This document shows, one piece after another, positions 49,386 to 62,131 of a DNA stretch of 64,000 nucleotides. Origin of the DNA: Sminthopsis crassicaudata (taxonomy: Eukaryota); the NCBI RefSeq assembly GCF_048593235.1, contig NC_133619.1, positions 635,106,558 to 635,170,557 of the forward strand, written 5' to 3'. The notes beneath the pieces were generated by a model. The model saw nothing but the letters and a program-made list of their open reading frames with translations, was not told the DNA's origin and made no database searches. Every line of letters begins with the position of its first letter. The first letter of the stretch is position 1. Made by a program: the position numbers and the translations under genes.

Positions 49386-49435
<50 letters not shown>

Positions 49436-50300
49436 TTGTATGTGTATAGATAAAGAGATAGATTAAAAGATTAATAGTCATTTTGCAGTAGATTAATGGT
49501 TGGAGGATTTGAACAAATAATTGTAAAGTATTCATAACCACATGAAAAAAGTGTTTTAAATCACTAATAATAAGAGAAATGCAAATCAAAACAACCTTGT
49601 AGTTTTACTGCATTCCCTGGAAATTGGCCAAAAAAAAAAAAATGACAATAGTTACTAATACATTGTTGGTTGAGCTGTGTAGTGATACAACCATTTTTGA
49701 AAACATTTTGGAACTATGCTAATAAAGTGACTAAAATGTCCATTACTCCCATTGTTAAGAATAAAGTCCCCATATATTCCAAACAGGTTTCAGCCAGTTA
49801 AGAATTGTAAACAAAGTAGATGCTCATCAATTGGGTAATGACTAAATAAATTGTGTATATGAATGTAATGGAAGATGACTGTAATGTAAAGAAAGGATGT
49901 GTGTGAGGATGAGTACAGAGAAGTGTGGAAAGGTCTATGAACTGATTGAGAGCCAAGTTACACAGTAATAAAAACAATATAAATGGAAAGAACAATGACG
50001 CCAAAAAATCAAAAACGAAAGTATAAAATTATAAAAAATTAAAATGAGTGGGACTTGAATCAAGAGCGATGAGAAGTCACCACTCGCCCTTTCATGGAGG
50101 TGGGGGAGATCACAGGTGTTACACTCTGCGTGTGTTTTTGGACTTTTTCTATTTATTGATCTGTTGTGCTTTTTTTTTTTTTTTTTTTTCTCTACAAAAA
50201 ATATTTGTCATATGGGATGGTTCTCAGGGAACAGAGGGAGGGTTACATGAGACACTAGTGACATGAGAAATAAAATTTAGTAAAAGATTTTTAAAAAGAA
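45700..50300 (+). mobile_element. Decayed L1 (ORF1/ORF2 remnants) interrupted by minus-strand L1 3' ends
   Basis: [23 protein letters not shown] (RT domain) at about 46350-46430. Antisense L1 3' UTR blocks at 47760-48660 and 48700-49170. Confidence 0.75.
49379..49431. repeat. (CG)n(CA)n microsatellite
   Basis: acgcgcgcgcgcgcgcacacac...; uninterrupted purine-pyrimidine alternation. Confidence 0.95.
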
Positions 50301-51618
50301 AATTGGGGAAAGAGATGGGATGTTTAAAGGGGCAGCTTGTTAGAGGAGAGTTAGGAGATTCTGTGCAGAGAGAGAGGTTGGCTTTGGCAGTGACAAAGGG
50401 ACACTTGACTTTCTGAGATGGAGCAAAGGAAGAGACCGTGTGTGAAGGAGCAGGCTTGAGACAGCTGGACTCAGACCTCTGCTGAGGGAGAGGGAGGAGG
50501 TAGGGTAGCTCAAGAAGAAGATTGGGAATGGAGAGAATAGGTTAGGAAAAAGTGAAAGGAAATTTGGGAGCAGGAGGGTAAGAGGGATCTGGAAGGGGAT
50601 ATCTGGTGATGGGGTGGTGGGGCCCAGTGTCTAAAGGGAGGAGAAGCAGAGCCCAAGTGGGGCTGTGAGACTGAGGGGGGCCACGACAGTGATGGTCTGG
50701 GAAAGTGGGGAGGAGGGGAGGCGTTTGTGGTCAGAAAGGGGGTCAGCTTGTGGATTGTACAGGTAGGATGCTTGTAGGTATTGGAGGGGATCCGGGCTGT
50801 GGCCATCCTGGATGGTCTGAGGTGGAGTAAAGGTGGGAGTCCCAGCAGGGAGCAGATGCTGCCGGGCCACAGGGCTTGCTTTGGAAGAATGGAAGGGGTG
50901 GGTGCCTCAAAGCTGGGTGTGACTGTGCTGCATGACTAGGAAAGCTGGCAGGCCAGCGGGGAGAGGGAGCAAGGGGATGCCAGCTTACAACCCACACAAT
51001 CCACGAGCACCCACCTGGCAGGAGACCTGGCAGAAAGCTCGTTGGGGAGGATTTACAGGAGGACTGGGACAGATGGGTCCCGTGGCGGGGGATGGCGTGG
51101 ATGGGCTTGCAGAGCTGGACATGTTTGAATGCTGGTGCACTTTGGTTCGGGGCCCTTAGTGAGCCGGGGCCCGGCTTCCCCACAACCTGAGGATTCCATC
51201 CCACTCCATATGGGGATGCTGGGGGGAACCAGTGAAGCAGAGTCCGGCCTGAAGTAATGTGGGGTGGGCAGGTCTCCCCTCGGGGTCCTAGACTCCGGGC
51301 TCGAGTTCTTCTGTGGATTTGGGAAGTGCCCAGCAGACGCAGCCTTTACCTTTGGGAGCCCTGAGCCCTGAGAAGCATTGAGGTCCCTCTTGGATGGAGC
51401 AGTAACCTGATGGGTACAAGCCTTCCCTCTCTCCATGTGGATCAGGGCCCCTCTGTGCTCGGGCAGAACCGAGGAGAGCTTTGATGAGCTTTCTCCTCTG
51501 CCAGTCACTGCTGTTAAAGGGCTTTTGGCAGCCCAGAGGTACCGCCACAAAGCTTTCCACTCACTGCCCTTTGGGTAACTTGTGACCGATCCTCCCAGTG
51601 TGCTCGTGAATGTGCGCG

Positions 51619-51668
<50 letters not shown>
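51619..51668. repeat. (CA)n microsatellite
   Basis: Perfect ca repeat of about 25 units. Confidence 0.95.
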
Positions 51669-51673
<5 letters not shown>

Positions 51674-51948
51674 AACCAGTTCAGCAAAACTGTAAAGCCA
51701 TTGCATTTTAAAAGTAAGCAAGTGCTCCATACCCGGAGGAACTGGAGCAAAGGCTGCTTTGGGAGGTTACAATGAGCATTTCTTCCCAGAAGTGAATTTT
51801 GTAAGTGTCGGGAGACCTGGAATGGGACACACTGAGAGGGAGGAGAGAGGGGGAGGTAGGCTGAGGAGGGGGCATCCATGGATGGCGTGGGGGAGGAGAG
51901 TGCTTAGCAACCACATAGATTTGGATCATGGCTTTGCTCTGGTTGCAG

Positions 51949-52046
51949 GGGCTGGTCAGGACGTGGGCCGCAGCTGCATCCTTGTCTCCATCGCAGGCAA
52001 GAACGTCATGTTGGACTGTGGGATGCACATGGGCTACAATGATGAT
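51949..52046 (+). CDS. INTS11: INTS11 exon 2
   Basis: ttgcAG|GGGCT...GATGAT|GTAAGT; 98 bp; [32 protein letters not shown]. Confidence 0.97.
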
Positions 52047-52965
52047 GTAAGTTCCCCAGAAGCGCTGGAGCCTGGGCCTGGGCACGGGGACCTGGGGTTA
52101 TTGAGAAGGGGGGGATGCTTGAAGTGGGTGCAGAGAAACCCCCAAATCTGAGGAGTAAATCAAGCTGCCTCCCCCATCCTCTTCTTCTTTTGTGTAAGCC
52201 ATCTTTGTGGCCTTGGGTAACCAGAGTAAACTAATAACTGTTAGGACCGAGGCCCCTGGCCTCAGAGCCACCTGGCTTCCCCCGTCCAAGTCAGGCCCTG
52301 GGGCCCGGGCTGGAAACAGAGCCCTGTGTGGAGCTTCCTTGCAGTCCCACCATTGTTTTTCTTCCTGGGAAGCCCAGCCCGGCACAGGGGAAGGCTGGGC
52401 TCTCATGGCAGGCCAGGCCAGGAAGCTGGAGGGGAGGCACTCTGAACACATTTGTTCGTGAGCTGCTTAGAGGGTCTAAATGCTAGAGAGGGGACCCTTG
52501 GTCAAGGAGTCTGGGGTCTGGCTTTGCCTTGGCTCCCAGCATGGGCTCCTTCCTAGCCCTGGGCTTAATGCCCTTGCCAGTTTTAGTTGGGACGGGCTCT
52601 TTCTGCCCAGCACCCAGCACTTGGGACTTTTCCCGTCGGTAGAAGCCGCTCCGCTGCATTAAACAAGGAATGTTCTGGAGTTTGAACCTGCCTTTTTTTT
52701 TTAATTATTTTTTTTTTTTTTAATAACCACAAACCTTCAGGCATAATGACTGGTTTGCAAGGTCAGCCCAGAGCCCAAAGTTGGCAGCATTTCCGCCCTT
52801 CACTTCTGAGCACTTCACGGCTTTGAAAAATAAATGAGGCAAACTTAAGAGCGCTCCGGGGGCCAGCTCTGCCGTCTGACGCCACGGCTCGAGCCTGGTC
52901 TGGCTCTCTCCCGGGCACTGGGGCCCTCCTGAGTAACAGCCTCTCTCGGTCTCGCTTTTCCTTAG

Positions 52966-53039
52966 AGACGCTTTCCAGACTTTTCTTACATTACCCAGAA
53001 TGGAAGGTTGACTGACTTCCTGGACTGCGTCATTATCAG
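52966..53039 (+). CDS. INTS11: INTS11 exon 3
   Basis: ttttccttAG|AGACGC...ATCAG|GTAGGA; 74 bp; [25 protein letters not shown] (not in ORF track). Confidence 0.96.
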
Positions 53040-54174
53040 GTAGGAACCTCAGTGGATCATCCGAAGAGTGGGAGAACCCGGCCCTGGGAGTCTCCCTGGG
53101 ACCTCCTCCTCCACTGTCCTGAGACCCCCGGCTCGTCCTTTCTGTCTCGGCTCTGCCCACGCGCACTGCATAGTTGGGCCCTGCTCCTGTCACCTAGCGG
53201 CTAATGCAGGCACGCCGACCTGGCAGGCGAGCACACGTCTGGGAAAGGGGTCTGGTGTAGGAATTCCAGCCGTGGCTTTGGGCCTGCGCCTCACCGCCAG
53301 TCCGTGTCAGAGGTCGGACTTCCCTCATCCTGAGGCTCTTTCTGCCTCTAGTGTGTAAATCTTCAAGGCTGTGGGGGTGGATTCCAGATCTGTGCACTGG
53401 GGCAGGGCAGGTGACTTGTCCCTGCCTCAGTTTCCTCCTCTGTAAAAGAGGAGGTCGGGGGAGTGACTCCGAGGTCCCTTTCATCGCCAGATTGGAGTCT
53501 TCACTTGACATAAAAATGGGAGTTGTCATTAGCCAGGGAGGTTTTGAAGGAACCGCATGATGGCCAAAGCCCTCCTCAAACTCCCTCCCCACAGCGCTGT
53601 TGTCTGTGAGGGGCCATTCTCACAGTTGTGAGATATCACCCTCTTGGGGTGATGGAAGATGCCGCCCTTACCTAGCCTACACAGGGGCGGAATTTGGGGC
53701 TCCCAGAGTCCTCGAAGGGGCCCTGGAGCTGTTGGAGAAAGTGCAGGTTGGGAGGAAAGAGCTGAACCTGGGGGAAGGGACGGGCCTGACCACTGGGCCC
53801 CCCAGCTAGCGCCTCAGCACCCCCCACTCTGGGCCACCGTTGTCTCTTTTAGAGTGTTCTTTCTTGATAAATCATGTTTTAATGCAGCAGACAAACAAGC
53901 CCTCAAACCAACCGCAGTGTGTACTTCCCAGAGGCTTAAACCAAACAGCACTAGAGCGTTTACAGGCCGCGCAGTGAATGCCCCTTGTGATTCACCGCTT
54001 GTCAGGGGGCAGAGGTAGTCCCGGGGTCGGCCCTTGTCTCCAGCCCAGGATGACTCTGGTGTTCATTTGCATAATGAGAGTAGGTGGGTTTCTGACCTCC
54101 TCTCGGCAGCTCTTTGTACAGATGTCACTCTCTTGGGTTCTCACTCTCTGTGCTCTTCATTCTTGACACTCCAG

Positions 54175-54403
54175 CCACTTCCACTTGGACCACTGTGGGG
54201 CCCTGCCGTACTTCAGTGAGATGGTGGGCTATGACGGCCCCATCTACATGACCCACCCCACCAAGGCCATCTGCCCCATTCTGCTGGAGGACTACCGGAA
54301 GATTACTGTGGACAAGAAGGGAGAGACCAACTTCTTCACTTCCCAGATGATCAAGGACTGCATGAAAAAAGTCGTGGCCGTCCACCTCCACCAGACTGTG
54401 CAG
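54175..54403 (+). CDS. INTS11: INTS11 exon 4 (metallo-beta-lactamase HxHxDH motif)
   Basis: ctccAG|CCACTT...GTGCAG|GTCAGG; 229 bp; [29 protein letters not shown]. Confidence 0.97.
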
Positions 54404-54434
54404 GTCAGGGGGAAGGCCTGGAAGACCAGGGGCT

Positions 54435-54490
54435 GGGCTGGCTGGGCCGGGCTGGCTGGGCCGGGCTGGCTGGGCCGGGCTGACTGGGCC
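54435..54490. repeat. 14-bp G-rich tandem repeat x4
   Basis: (gggctggctgggcc)3 followed by gggctgactgggcc. Confidence 0.9.
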
Positions 54491-55905
54491 GGGCTCCAGA
54501 ACGCAGCCCACTGCAGCTGCCTTGGCTTAGGTACTCCAGAGCTAAAATGAAAAGCAGCTCTCCGAGAACAACTGAAGGAGAGCCAGCTGCAACCATGAGC
54601 TAGAAGAGCACCCACAAAAGCCAACCCTTACTGCCCCATCTTGCCTCAGGTCACAGAATGTGGTGGTAGTTGTGTGGAAGCTGAATCATGTTTTAATGTT
54701 CTTTGAGGTCTTAATTTCCCAGAATGGCGGTAGCACAGGAGGACTGACCTCAGTGGTCAATGTCCACCCCATCCTTCCTCCTCTCAGACCAAACCAGACG
54801 TGACCCCGCTGCCAGGGGTCCCACCCAGGGCAGCCCCTTTGCTTTCCTTGGCAGGAGGCTAACGTCTCCCATTGCTAGGAAGTTTTTACCATCTCAAGTC
54901 TAAATCTGTCTCCTTACCATCAACTGGTGGTAGTTTTTGGTTCTGGCCCCTGGGGTACAGTGCTTCAAGGCAGCCCCCATGGCCTCCCGGAGGCTTCTTT
55001 CCTGTTGTAAAATGTCTCCTTGGGCCTCGCAAATAACTCTTAACTTTTCTCTTTTTCCCCCTTTTTAAATTTCTTTTTTTTAAATTTTTTATTATACACA
55101 TACCAAATTCTTAATTTTTAAAAATACACATTTTTTTTTATTTAGAATTTTTTTCCACGGTATATATGCATGAGCAATTTTTTTTTATAACATTATCCCT
55201 TGTATTCATTTTTTCCAAATTATCCCCCCCCTTCCTCCCACTCCCTCCCCCCGATGACAGGTAATCCCATACATTTTACATGTAAAATACACATTTCTTT
55301 GTGAATCACGTTGGGAACTTTTGTAAATGACGTCTGTATCAGTGTTAAAGAGCCTCTTTCTGCCAAATGCTGAACAGAGCTCCTGTCCTTATTCCCAAAG
55401 AACTCCCAGTTCGAGAATGAGGTAATGACGCATGTGGAGGACATAGCATTATGGAACCTCAAACCTTGGGCACAGATGCCCAGGAGGAGGGAGGGGATGC
55501 CCCACCAGGACTGGGGAAGGAAGGAGGGGAGAAAATCGTAGGGAAATATCCTGGCAGCACCTGCGAGGTGCTGGAGGCTGGCTCAGGGGCTCTGTGGTCT
55601 TGGTCCAAGGCTGTTGAGGTTACCGTGAGTCATGACAGGGGGATGGAGGAGGTGGAAGAGAGCAGGAACCATTTTTTCTTTTCCCTTTAAAACGTTGGCT
55701 GCACTTCTGAGGAGAGTGCTCCGCTAGGGGATGAAGGCATTTCTGTGGCAGGTTGCTTTCTGGCAGGCCCGAATCGCCAGCTGTGGCAGGGAGTGAAGCT
55801 TGGGTTCAGGCCTGCCTGGTGTCTGTGCCAGCTACCTGTGCTGCCCGCCCCTGCCTCCCTTCTGTCACAGCCTGCGGGATAAAAGCCGGCCTCTTCCCTC
55901 CGTAG

Positions 55906-56004
55906 GTGGACGACGAGTTGGAAATCAAGGCCTACTATGCGGGCCACGTGCTGGGTGCTGCCATGTTCCAGATCAAAGTTGGCTCTGAATCTGCCGTTTA
56001 CACA
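55906..56004 (+). CDS. INTS11: INTS11 exon 5
   Basis: ccgtAG|GTGGAC...TACACA|GTAAGG; 99 bp; [33 protein letters not shown]. Confidence 0.96.
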
Positions 56005-56126
56005 GTAAGGCGCCCGGCCTCCCGGGAGCACGGGGGAGGTGCTTTGGGGAAGTGGGAAGAGGGTGGGCAGAGATGAACTTTAAATGGAAGGCTGATGGCT
56101 GCTTTCCTCTGGCTCTCTCTGGCTAG

Positions 56127-56161
56127 GGCGATTATAACATGACTCCGGACCGGCACTTGGG
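56127..56161 (+). CDS. INTS11: INTS11 exon 6
   Basis: ggctAG|GGCGAT...TTGGG|GTGAGT; 35 bp; GDYNMTPDRHLG. Confidence 0.95.
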
Positions 56162-56995
56162 GTGAGTGGGACGGTGAGCTTCTGCTCGAGTGGGGGGGGG
56201 GGGGTTTGTCTTTATGCTTTTCACACGGGGGATTCGCAGCCAGGATGCCGATTAACCTGCGAGGGTGTGGGTGGCTGCTCGATGTTCCTGCCTCCATGAC
56301 TGCTTAGAACAGCCTGCATCGGGGGCGCATCTGCGAGCTCCTCTCACTTGGAAGTCTGTGCCAGTCAGGATCGATACCTCCCCTCCCTCCACGCCCGCGG
56401 CCCGCAAAGTGAGAGTGGCCACCTTCAGTTAGCTGCCTCAGGAGTGCGGGGCAGATGGGATGGGGGCGCGTCCCTTCTACCTTCCCTCTGTCTTTGGGGC
56501 CATTTGATTTTGACTTCTCCCAGGAGGCTTCATTGGCTAAGCCTGTCTCCTTGGGGAACAATGGGTTAAAAAGATTGAGAGGGACTTGGAGGGTCTTAGG
56601 TGCTCAAGGGGACCCCACGGCCATTGAATCCCACCTCATTTTTCAGAGGAGGAAGCTGAGGCAGACAGGTGAAGTCCGGGCTACAAATAGGAAGTTCTGA
56701 AGTGGGATTTGCCCAAGTCTTCCTGACTCTAGGTCCAGGGCTCTCTCCACTATGTCTCATCAGAAGGGGTTCGGGGGGCCAGAAACGTGACTTTCTTGCA
56801 TCACTGCCCATGTTGAAAGGGGATCAGCGTTGCCCAGAGAGTCCGGCAGATGGGCCTTCCTGGCCCGGGAGCTTGGGGTGGAGGCCAGAGCCTCCTGGCG
56901 ACTGCTAGAAGGGCCACGGCGGCCCTCGGGGCAGACCAGGGCGGCTCTGGCCCTGGCACTGAGCTTCATGGCGGGTGTCCTGCCTTGCCTCACAG

Positions 56996-57134
56996 GGCTG
57001 CCTGGATCGATAAGTGCCGGCCCAACCTGCTCATCACCGAGTCCACTTACGCCACGACCATCCGAGACTCCAAGCGCTGCCGGGAGAGGGACTTCCTGAA
57101 GAAAGTCCACGAGACGGTGGAGAGGGGAGGAAAG
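56996..57134 (+). CDS. INTS11: INTS11 exon 7
   Basis: ctcacAG|GGCTGCC...GGAAAG|GTGAGC; 139 bp; [46 protein letters not shown]. Confidence 0.97.
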
Positions 57135-58398
57135 GTGAGCGAGCAGGACAAGGACCGGAGCCCTGGGGCTTCACCCCTGGGACCTGGGAGGCTGGCAGCG
57201 TGAGCATTTATTAAGTGCTTGCTGCATACAGGTGCTGTGCACACCAGGAAAACTCCCTGCCCTCAGGGACATTCTATCTTAATTGGGGCAAGAGAGCACA
57301 AGAAAGGGAGAGGAGGGCAGAAAGGGCGTGCAGACTTGTGGGGAGATTCTTCTTGTGGGGAGGTTCGTGTGGTCAATGCTTGGGGGCTCCTTGGGCATCC
57401 AGCCCCGCTATGGGGTGGGATGTTAAGTGGGGGAGGCTGCCCTGTTCAGGGAGTAGCCAGGAGGCCTGCTCAGGCTCTGCCCATTTGTCTCTTCTCTCCG
57501 GCCCAGTCCATGCTCCCCTCTCTGCCGGGGTGATTTTCCTAAGGAGCGGGTCCATCCTGTCATTCCTCTGCTTGGTGCACTCCAGGGGCCCCCTGTTCCA
57601 TTCAGGAGCAATACCAAGCCCGTTGTTCGGCATCCAAGGCTCTTCCAGCTTGGCCCCTTTCCGCCAGTGCAGGCTTACATTCTGCTCCTCTACCCAGACT
57701 TTATGACACAGTCTCTTGCCCACATTTGCTCTTCCTCTTGCCGTCCACGTCCCTGCTCGTCCTCCGCCCCGGCCGCCCTTCGTTCCTGGAGCGCCCTCCC
57801 TCCTGGCGGCCTCGGAACCGTGGCTTCTGTTAACCCGGCTCAGTGGCCACGGTTCTGTGTTCCGGTTCCCCTGTGTTGCTTTGGCTGCCAGGCTGAAGCC
57901 CGGCCAGGGCAGGAACCATGTCCCCCTTTTCTCCGAGCTCTTGGTACAGCTCAGGCTCCGTTCTTGTTGATTCATGCACAGATGATGTCCCAGCTTGGCC
58001 TTCAGAGGGCCAGGGCAGCGAACCAGGGCCCCTGAGGCCCAGCTCTGGCTCCCCCGCAGTTTAGAGAGGGGGAAACTGAGGCTTGAGACCAGGACTGCCA
58101 GCCAAGCCCGTGTCCCCCCACAGCGCGCTCTTCAGCTGATGCTGAATTAGGAAAGGCAGCCAGGGAGAAGCTCAGAGAGGGGTCGGCCTTCTGGGGGAAA
58201 GGTTATGGCTCCTTAGCCCTGGGCACGTGTGAGATCCGGTCCGGGAGGCGGCGGCCCCAGCTGCCGTTTCCCTCCTTCCTGAGGTGGTTGGAGCAGGAGA
58301 TGGCTGGGGAGAAGGGGAGGGACCCTGCAGGGCCCTGGAAAGGCGAGGGCTGAGGCTGCTGCGCGCTGACACTTCTGGGCCCTGGCCTCCCTCTGCAG

Positions 58399-58463
58399 GT
58401 CCTCATCCCCGTGTTTGCGCTGGGCCGGGCTCAGGAGCTCTGCATCCTGCTGGAAACGTTTTG
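58399..58463 (+). CDS. INTS11: INTS11 exon 8
   Basis: ctctgcAG|GTCCTC...TTTTG|GTGAGT; 65 bp; [22 protein letters not shown]. Confidence 0.96.
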
Positions 58464-58784
58464 GTGAGTCTGCTGTCCTTGGGCATGGGGAAGAGAGATC
58501 CCTGGAGGGCGGGTGCCCTGGCACAGACCTCAGGGCGGGGAAAGTGCCTGAGGACCGGTCCGTGGGCACAGGAGCACCTGCCTCTGGTTCCCTTGGCTGC
58601 TGCTGAGGGTGGATGGGACGGTGGGGAGCTGAAGAACCCCCTTCTGAGCTGCTGGCTGGGGCGGAGCTAGGGCCTCCCCTTGTTGTTGGCCCCCTCCCTC
58701 ACACACGTGATCCCCCGGGGCCTGCAGGAGGCTGACAGGGAGAATGGGGGCCAGGCCCTCACTGCCTCCCTTCCTTTCCCAAAG

Positions 58785-58974
58785 GGAAAGAATGAACCTG
58801 AAAGCCCCCATCTACTTCTCCACGGGCTTGACGGAGAAGGCCAATCACTACTACAAGCTCTTCATCACCTGGACCAACCAGAAGATCCGGAAGACATTTG
58901 TGCAGAGAAACATGTTTGAGTTCAAGCACATCAAGGCTTTCGACCGAGCTTTTGCCGACAACCCCGGGCCGATG
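58785..58974 (+). CDS. INTS11: INTS11 exon 9
   Basis: tttcccaaAG|GGAAAG...CCGATG|GTAGGG; 190 bp; [38 protein letters not shown]...DNPGPM. Confidence 0.97.
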
Positions 58975-59289
58975 GTAGGGGAGACGGGCCTTGTCCGGCC
59001 AAGGCAGGGGAGGAGGGGGCTGGTCGAGCCTGGACCCCCAGGGCTCCCAGAGGAGGTGCCGGTCAGGAGGAAGACGGGAACATCCCGGCACGCGCCCAAA
59101 CGGCGTTTCCTGCTCGGGGCCTGCACCCCTTTCTGGACATCAGGGTTTGGGGCCTTGTCTGGTGGGGGAGCCTTTGGGGAGATGAGGGCATCGGGCCCTG
59201 GTCCGCCTTCTGTGTCCACCCCGTAGAGCGGTGGCTAATGGTGGGTCCTTGGCATTGCCGCCACTGCCCTGTCTCCTTTCTCCACCCAG

Positions 59290-59373
59290 GTTGTCTTTGC
59301 CACCCCGGGCATGCTGCACGCTGGGCAGTCCCTGCAGATCTTCAGGAAATGGGCCGGAAACGAGAAGAACATG
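59290..59373 (+). CDS. INTS11: INTS11 exon 10
   Basis: cacccAG|GTTGTC...AACATG|GTAGGG; 84 bp; [28 protein letters not shown]. Confidence 0.96.
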
Positions 59374-59740
59374 GTAGGGGGGCGGCCCTGGCCAGGTGCC
59401 CTGAGCGGGAACCATCTTCCCTCGCTGGTCCCCGTTATTTAAGGAGGATAAAAGGATGGGGCAGGGACAGCTATCCTCCCCCTGTGGGGAGGAGTCTAGT
59501 GTGGGGTGGGAGCTGAGGATGGCGTCTTCCTCCTCAAGGGGATCAGGCCTTAGTGCCCTGTCCTGGCACCGCCTGGTCTACCTGCCCCCCAGCCAGCTTT
59601 CTTCCAAGGAGGAGGGAGGGGAGACCATCCCCAGCCATTTCCCGTGGGGTCTCCCTGGCTCCTCGCTTGGGGCGGGGGGGTGCCCTGCACCTGCCCTTCC
59701 TGCATGGGGCGGTGGGCCCACACCCACTCTCTGCTTGCAG

Positions 59741-59830
59741 GTCATCATGCCGGGCTACTGTGTGCAGGGGACCGTGGGCCACAAGATTCTGAGCGGGCAG
59801 CGGAAGCTGGAGATGGAGGGGAGGCAGATC
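59741..59830 (+). CDS. INTS11: INTS11 exon 11
   Basis: cttgcAG|GTCATC...CAGATC|GTAAGT; 90 bp; [30 protein letters not shown]. Confidence 0.97.
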
Positions 59831-60810
59831 GTAAGTCCCTGGCGTGTGGGATGGGGGAGGAGCCCCCCCCAGACTGGTCAGATGCCCTCAGGATGCCGAC
59901 CAACTCGGGCTCTGGGGTCTTGGTTTCCTCCTCTGTAAGATGTGGGCGCTCAGGGACCTCCTCGGAGCCGATCAGGGGGTCTCTCCCCACCACATCTGAA
60001 ATCCTGGGCGGGGAAGTGACTTGACCTTGGTCATCTTCTGTCATTCACTGTCAAAAGAAGGGGCAGGGTCTAGAGCTCTGGAGCCCGGCCCATCCCCATC
60101 CTTCAGAAGGAGGAATGGAAGTTCAGGGGTTATCTGTCCAGGGTCACCCAGGTCCTGAGCCCAAGGCTTTGGTTTGTGCTGGTGAAAAGCTGGTCTTGTG
60201 GGAGGGTCAGAGGCCGAGAGCCCGGAGGCCTGGCAGGGCGGCCATGGGGCATCCCTCAGAGGGACGGACAGCCGCCACCTGCAGACCCCAGCGGGGCCCG
60301 GGGCACCTCCTGCTCCCCTGGGGGTGGAAGCAGGAGCAGGGCTGGTCCCTCACCAGCCCTCTGTGCAAAGGCACTGGCCCCCATCTGCAGAGGGCTCCCC
60401 TCCAGTGCCACACGGAAGGTGCCGTGCCCTGTGCCCATGGCCACATGAGCCTGGGTCCCTTCTGGAGCCCGAGGGGCTGGGCAGAGGCCGGGGCAGCCCT
60501 GAGTCCTCACAGAGAGCCTGGCTTGGCCCTTAGCGCTTCTGTGATGGCTGCTTGTAATCCCCATTTCACAGATGAGGAAACTAAGGCTAAGGGGAGGGAC
60601 TTGCCCAGTGCCACTTAACTGCTAACAGAGTCAGGGTTTGAACCCAGCCGGGTCTTTCTGATGTGTCCGGGGCTCTTACAGCGCGCTGCTTCACTGGAGG
60701 GGGGTGGGAGAGGGGGGAATGGCAGCTGGGACTGGTGGCGACTTCTGTCTCTCTGCCTCCCTCTCTCCCTCCGTCCGTCCGATCTCCGTGTGTCTCTTCG
60801 TCCCCCCCAG

Positions 60811-60973
60811 CTCGAGGTGAAGATGCAGGTGGAGTACATGTCCTTCAGTGCCCACGCCGACGCCAAGGGCATCATGCAGCTGGTCCGCCAGGCGGAGCCG
60901 GACAACGTGCTGCTCGTCCACGGGGAAGCCAAGAAGATGGAGTTCCTGAAGCAGAAGATTGAGCAGGAATTCC
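60811..60973 (+). CDS. INTS11: INTS11 exon 12
   Basis: ccccccAG|CTCGAG...TTCC|GTGCGT; 163 bp; [25 protein letters not shown]...[20 protein letters not shown]. Confidence 0.96.
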
Positions 60974-61299
60974 GTGCGTGGCCAGGCCTGGGGGCGGGGG
61001 AGTCCCTGGGGAGCACTCCTCAGCCTGGGGGCAGAGGGATGGTGCCGGCCCAGCCTGGCAGGAGGTGCCTGGGGTGGGGGGGGGGTCAGAGACTCTGGGC
61101 TCTACAGTGGTTTCTAGTCAGTTTGGCTATTGACGTGCCCCCCTTGGCCTTGGGAGGGGGGCGTCGGCCCCGGGGGCCTGAGGAGCGGGTGCCGGGCAGA
61201 GCTCGGAGCAGCGTGGGCCAGGGGAGGCCGGGGGAGGCCGGGGAATCTGGGCCGCCGCTGCCCGGCCCAGACTTAACTGTCACGTGCTGCCTTTGTCAG

Positions 61300-61407
61300 A
61301 TGTGAACTGCTACATGCCGGCCAACGGAGAGACGGTCACCCTGCTCACCCACCCCAACATCCCTGTGGGCATCTCGCTGGGCCTGCTGAAGAGGGAGATG
61401 GCGCTGG
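61300..61407 (+). CDS. INTS11: INTS11 exon 13
   Basis: tttgtcAG|ATGTGA...CTGG|GTACTG; 108 bp; [36 protein letters not shown]. Confidence 0.95.
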
Positions 61408-61520
61408 GTACTGCCCTGGGAGGGGGCCGGGGGGGCCAGAATCTGGGCTGCCTAATGGGGGGTGGGGAGGGGGGAAGCAAGGGTTCTGGTGGGTGAGGGT
61501 CTCCTCCTCTTCCTCCCCAG

Positions 61521-61582
61521 GCCTCCTCCCCGACGCCAAGAGGCCCAAGCTGATGCATGGCACGCTGATCATGAAGGACAAT
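61521..61582 (+). CDS. INTS11: INTS11 exon 14
   Basis: ctccccAG|GCCTCC...GACAAT|GTGAGT; 62 bp; LLPDAKRPKLMHGTLIMKDN. Confidence 0.96.
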
Positions 61583-61724
61583 GTGAGTGGCCTCTCTGAG
61601 CCGGCTGGCAGGGACTCAGGGAGCTCCGGGATGGGGGGGCCTTCTGGTCACCTGGGGGGGCTGGGCGAGGCTCTGGGCCCCCCCCAGAGATCCTGACCTC
61701 TGACGCTCCGTCCCCTCCCCCCAG

Positions 61725-61867
61725 AATTTCCGGCTGGTGTCCTCGGAGCAGGCCCTCAAGGAGCTGGGCCTGGCTGAGCACCAGCTCCGCTTCACCTGCC
61801 GCGTGCACATTCACGACACGCGCAAGGAGCAGGAGACGGTCCTGCGCGTGTACAGCCACCTGAAGAA
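61725..61867 (+). CDS. INTS11: INTS11 exon 15
   Basis: cccccAG|AATTTC...AAGAA|GTAAGG; 143 bp; [47 protein letters not shown]. Confidence 0.96.
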
Positions 61868-61972
61868 GTAAGGGGGACCCCTCCCTTCCCGGGGAGCCCT
61901 TGGGATACCACTCCCCTCCCCCCAGGGTCCAGTAACCGCAGCCCTGCAGCCGGCCCCTCCTCTCCCCCTCAG

Positions 61973-62102
61973 TGTTCTGAAAGCGCACTCGGTCCAGCAC
62001 CTGCCCGATGGCTCGGTCATGGTGGAGTCCATCCTCATCCAGGCCACGGCGCACTCGGAGGACCCGGGCACCAAAGTCCTGCTGGTCTCCTGGACCTACC
62101 AG
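61973..62102 (+). CDS. INTS11: INTS11 exon 16
   Basis: ccctcAG|TGTTCT...TACCAG|GTGAGA; 130 bp; [43 protein letters not shown]. Confidence 0.96.
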
Positions 62103-62131
62103 GTGAGAGCCTGTGGGGCAGCCCGGGGCCT

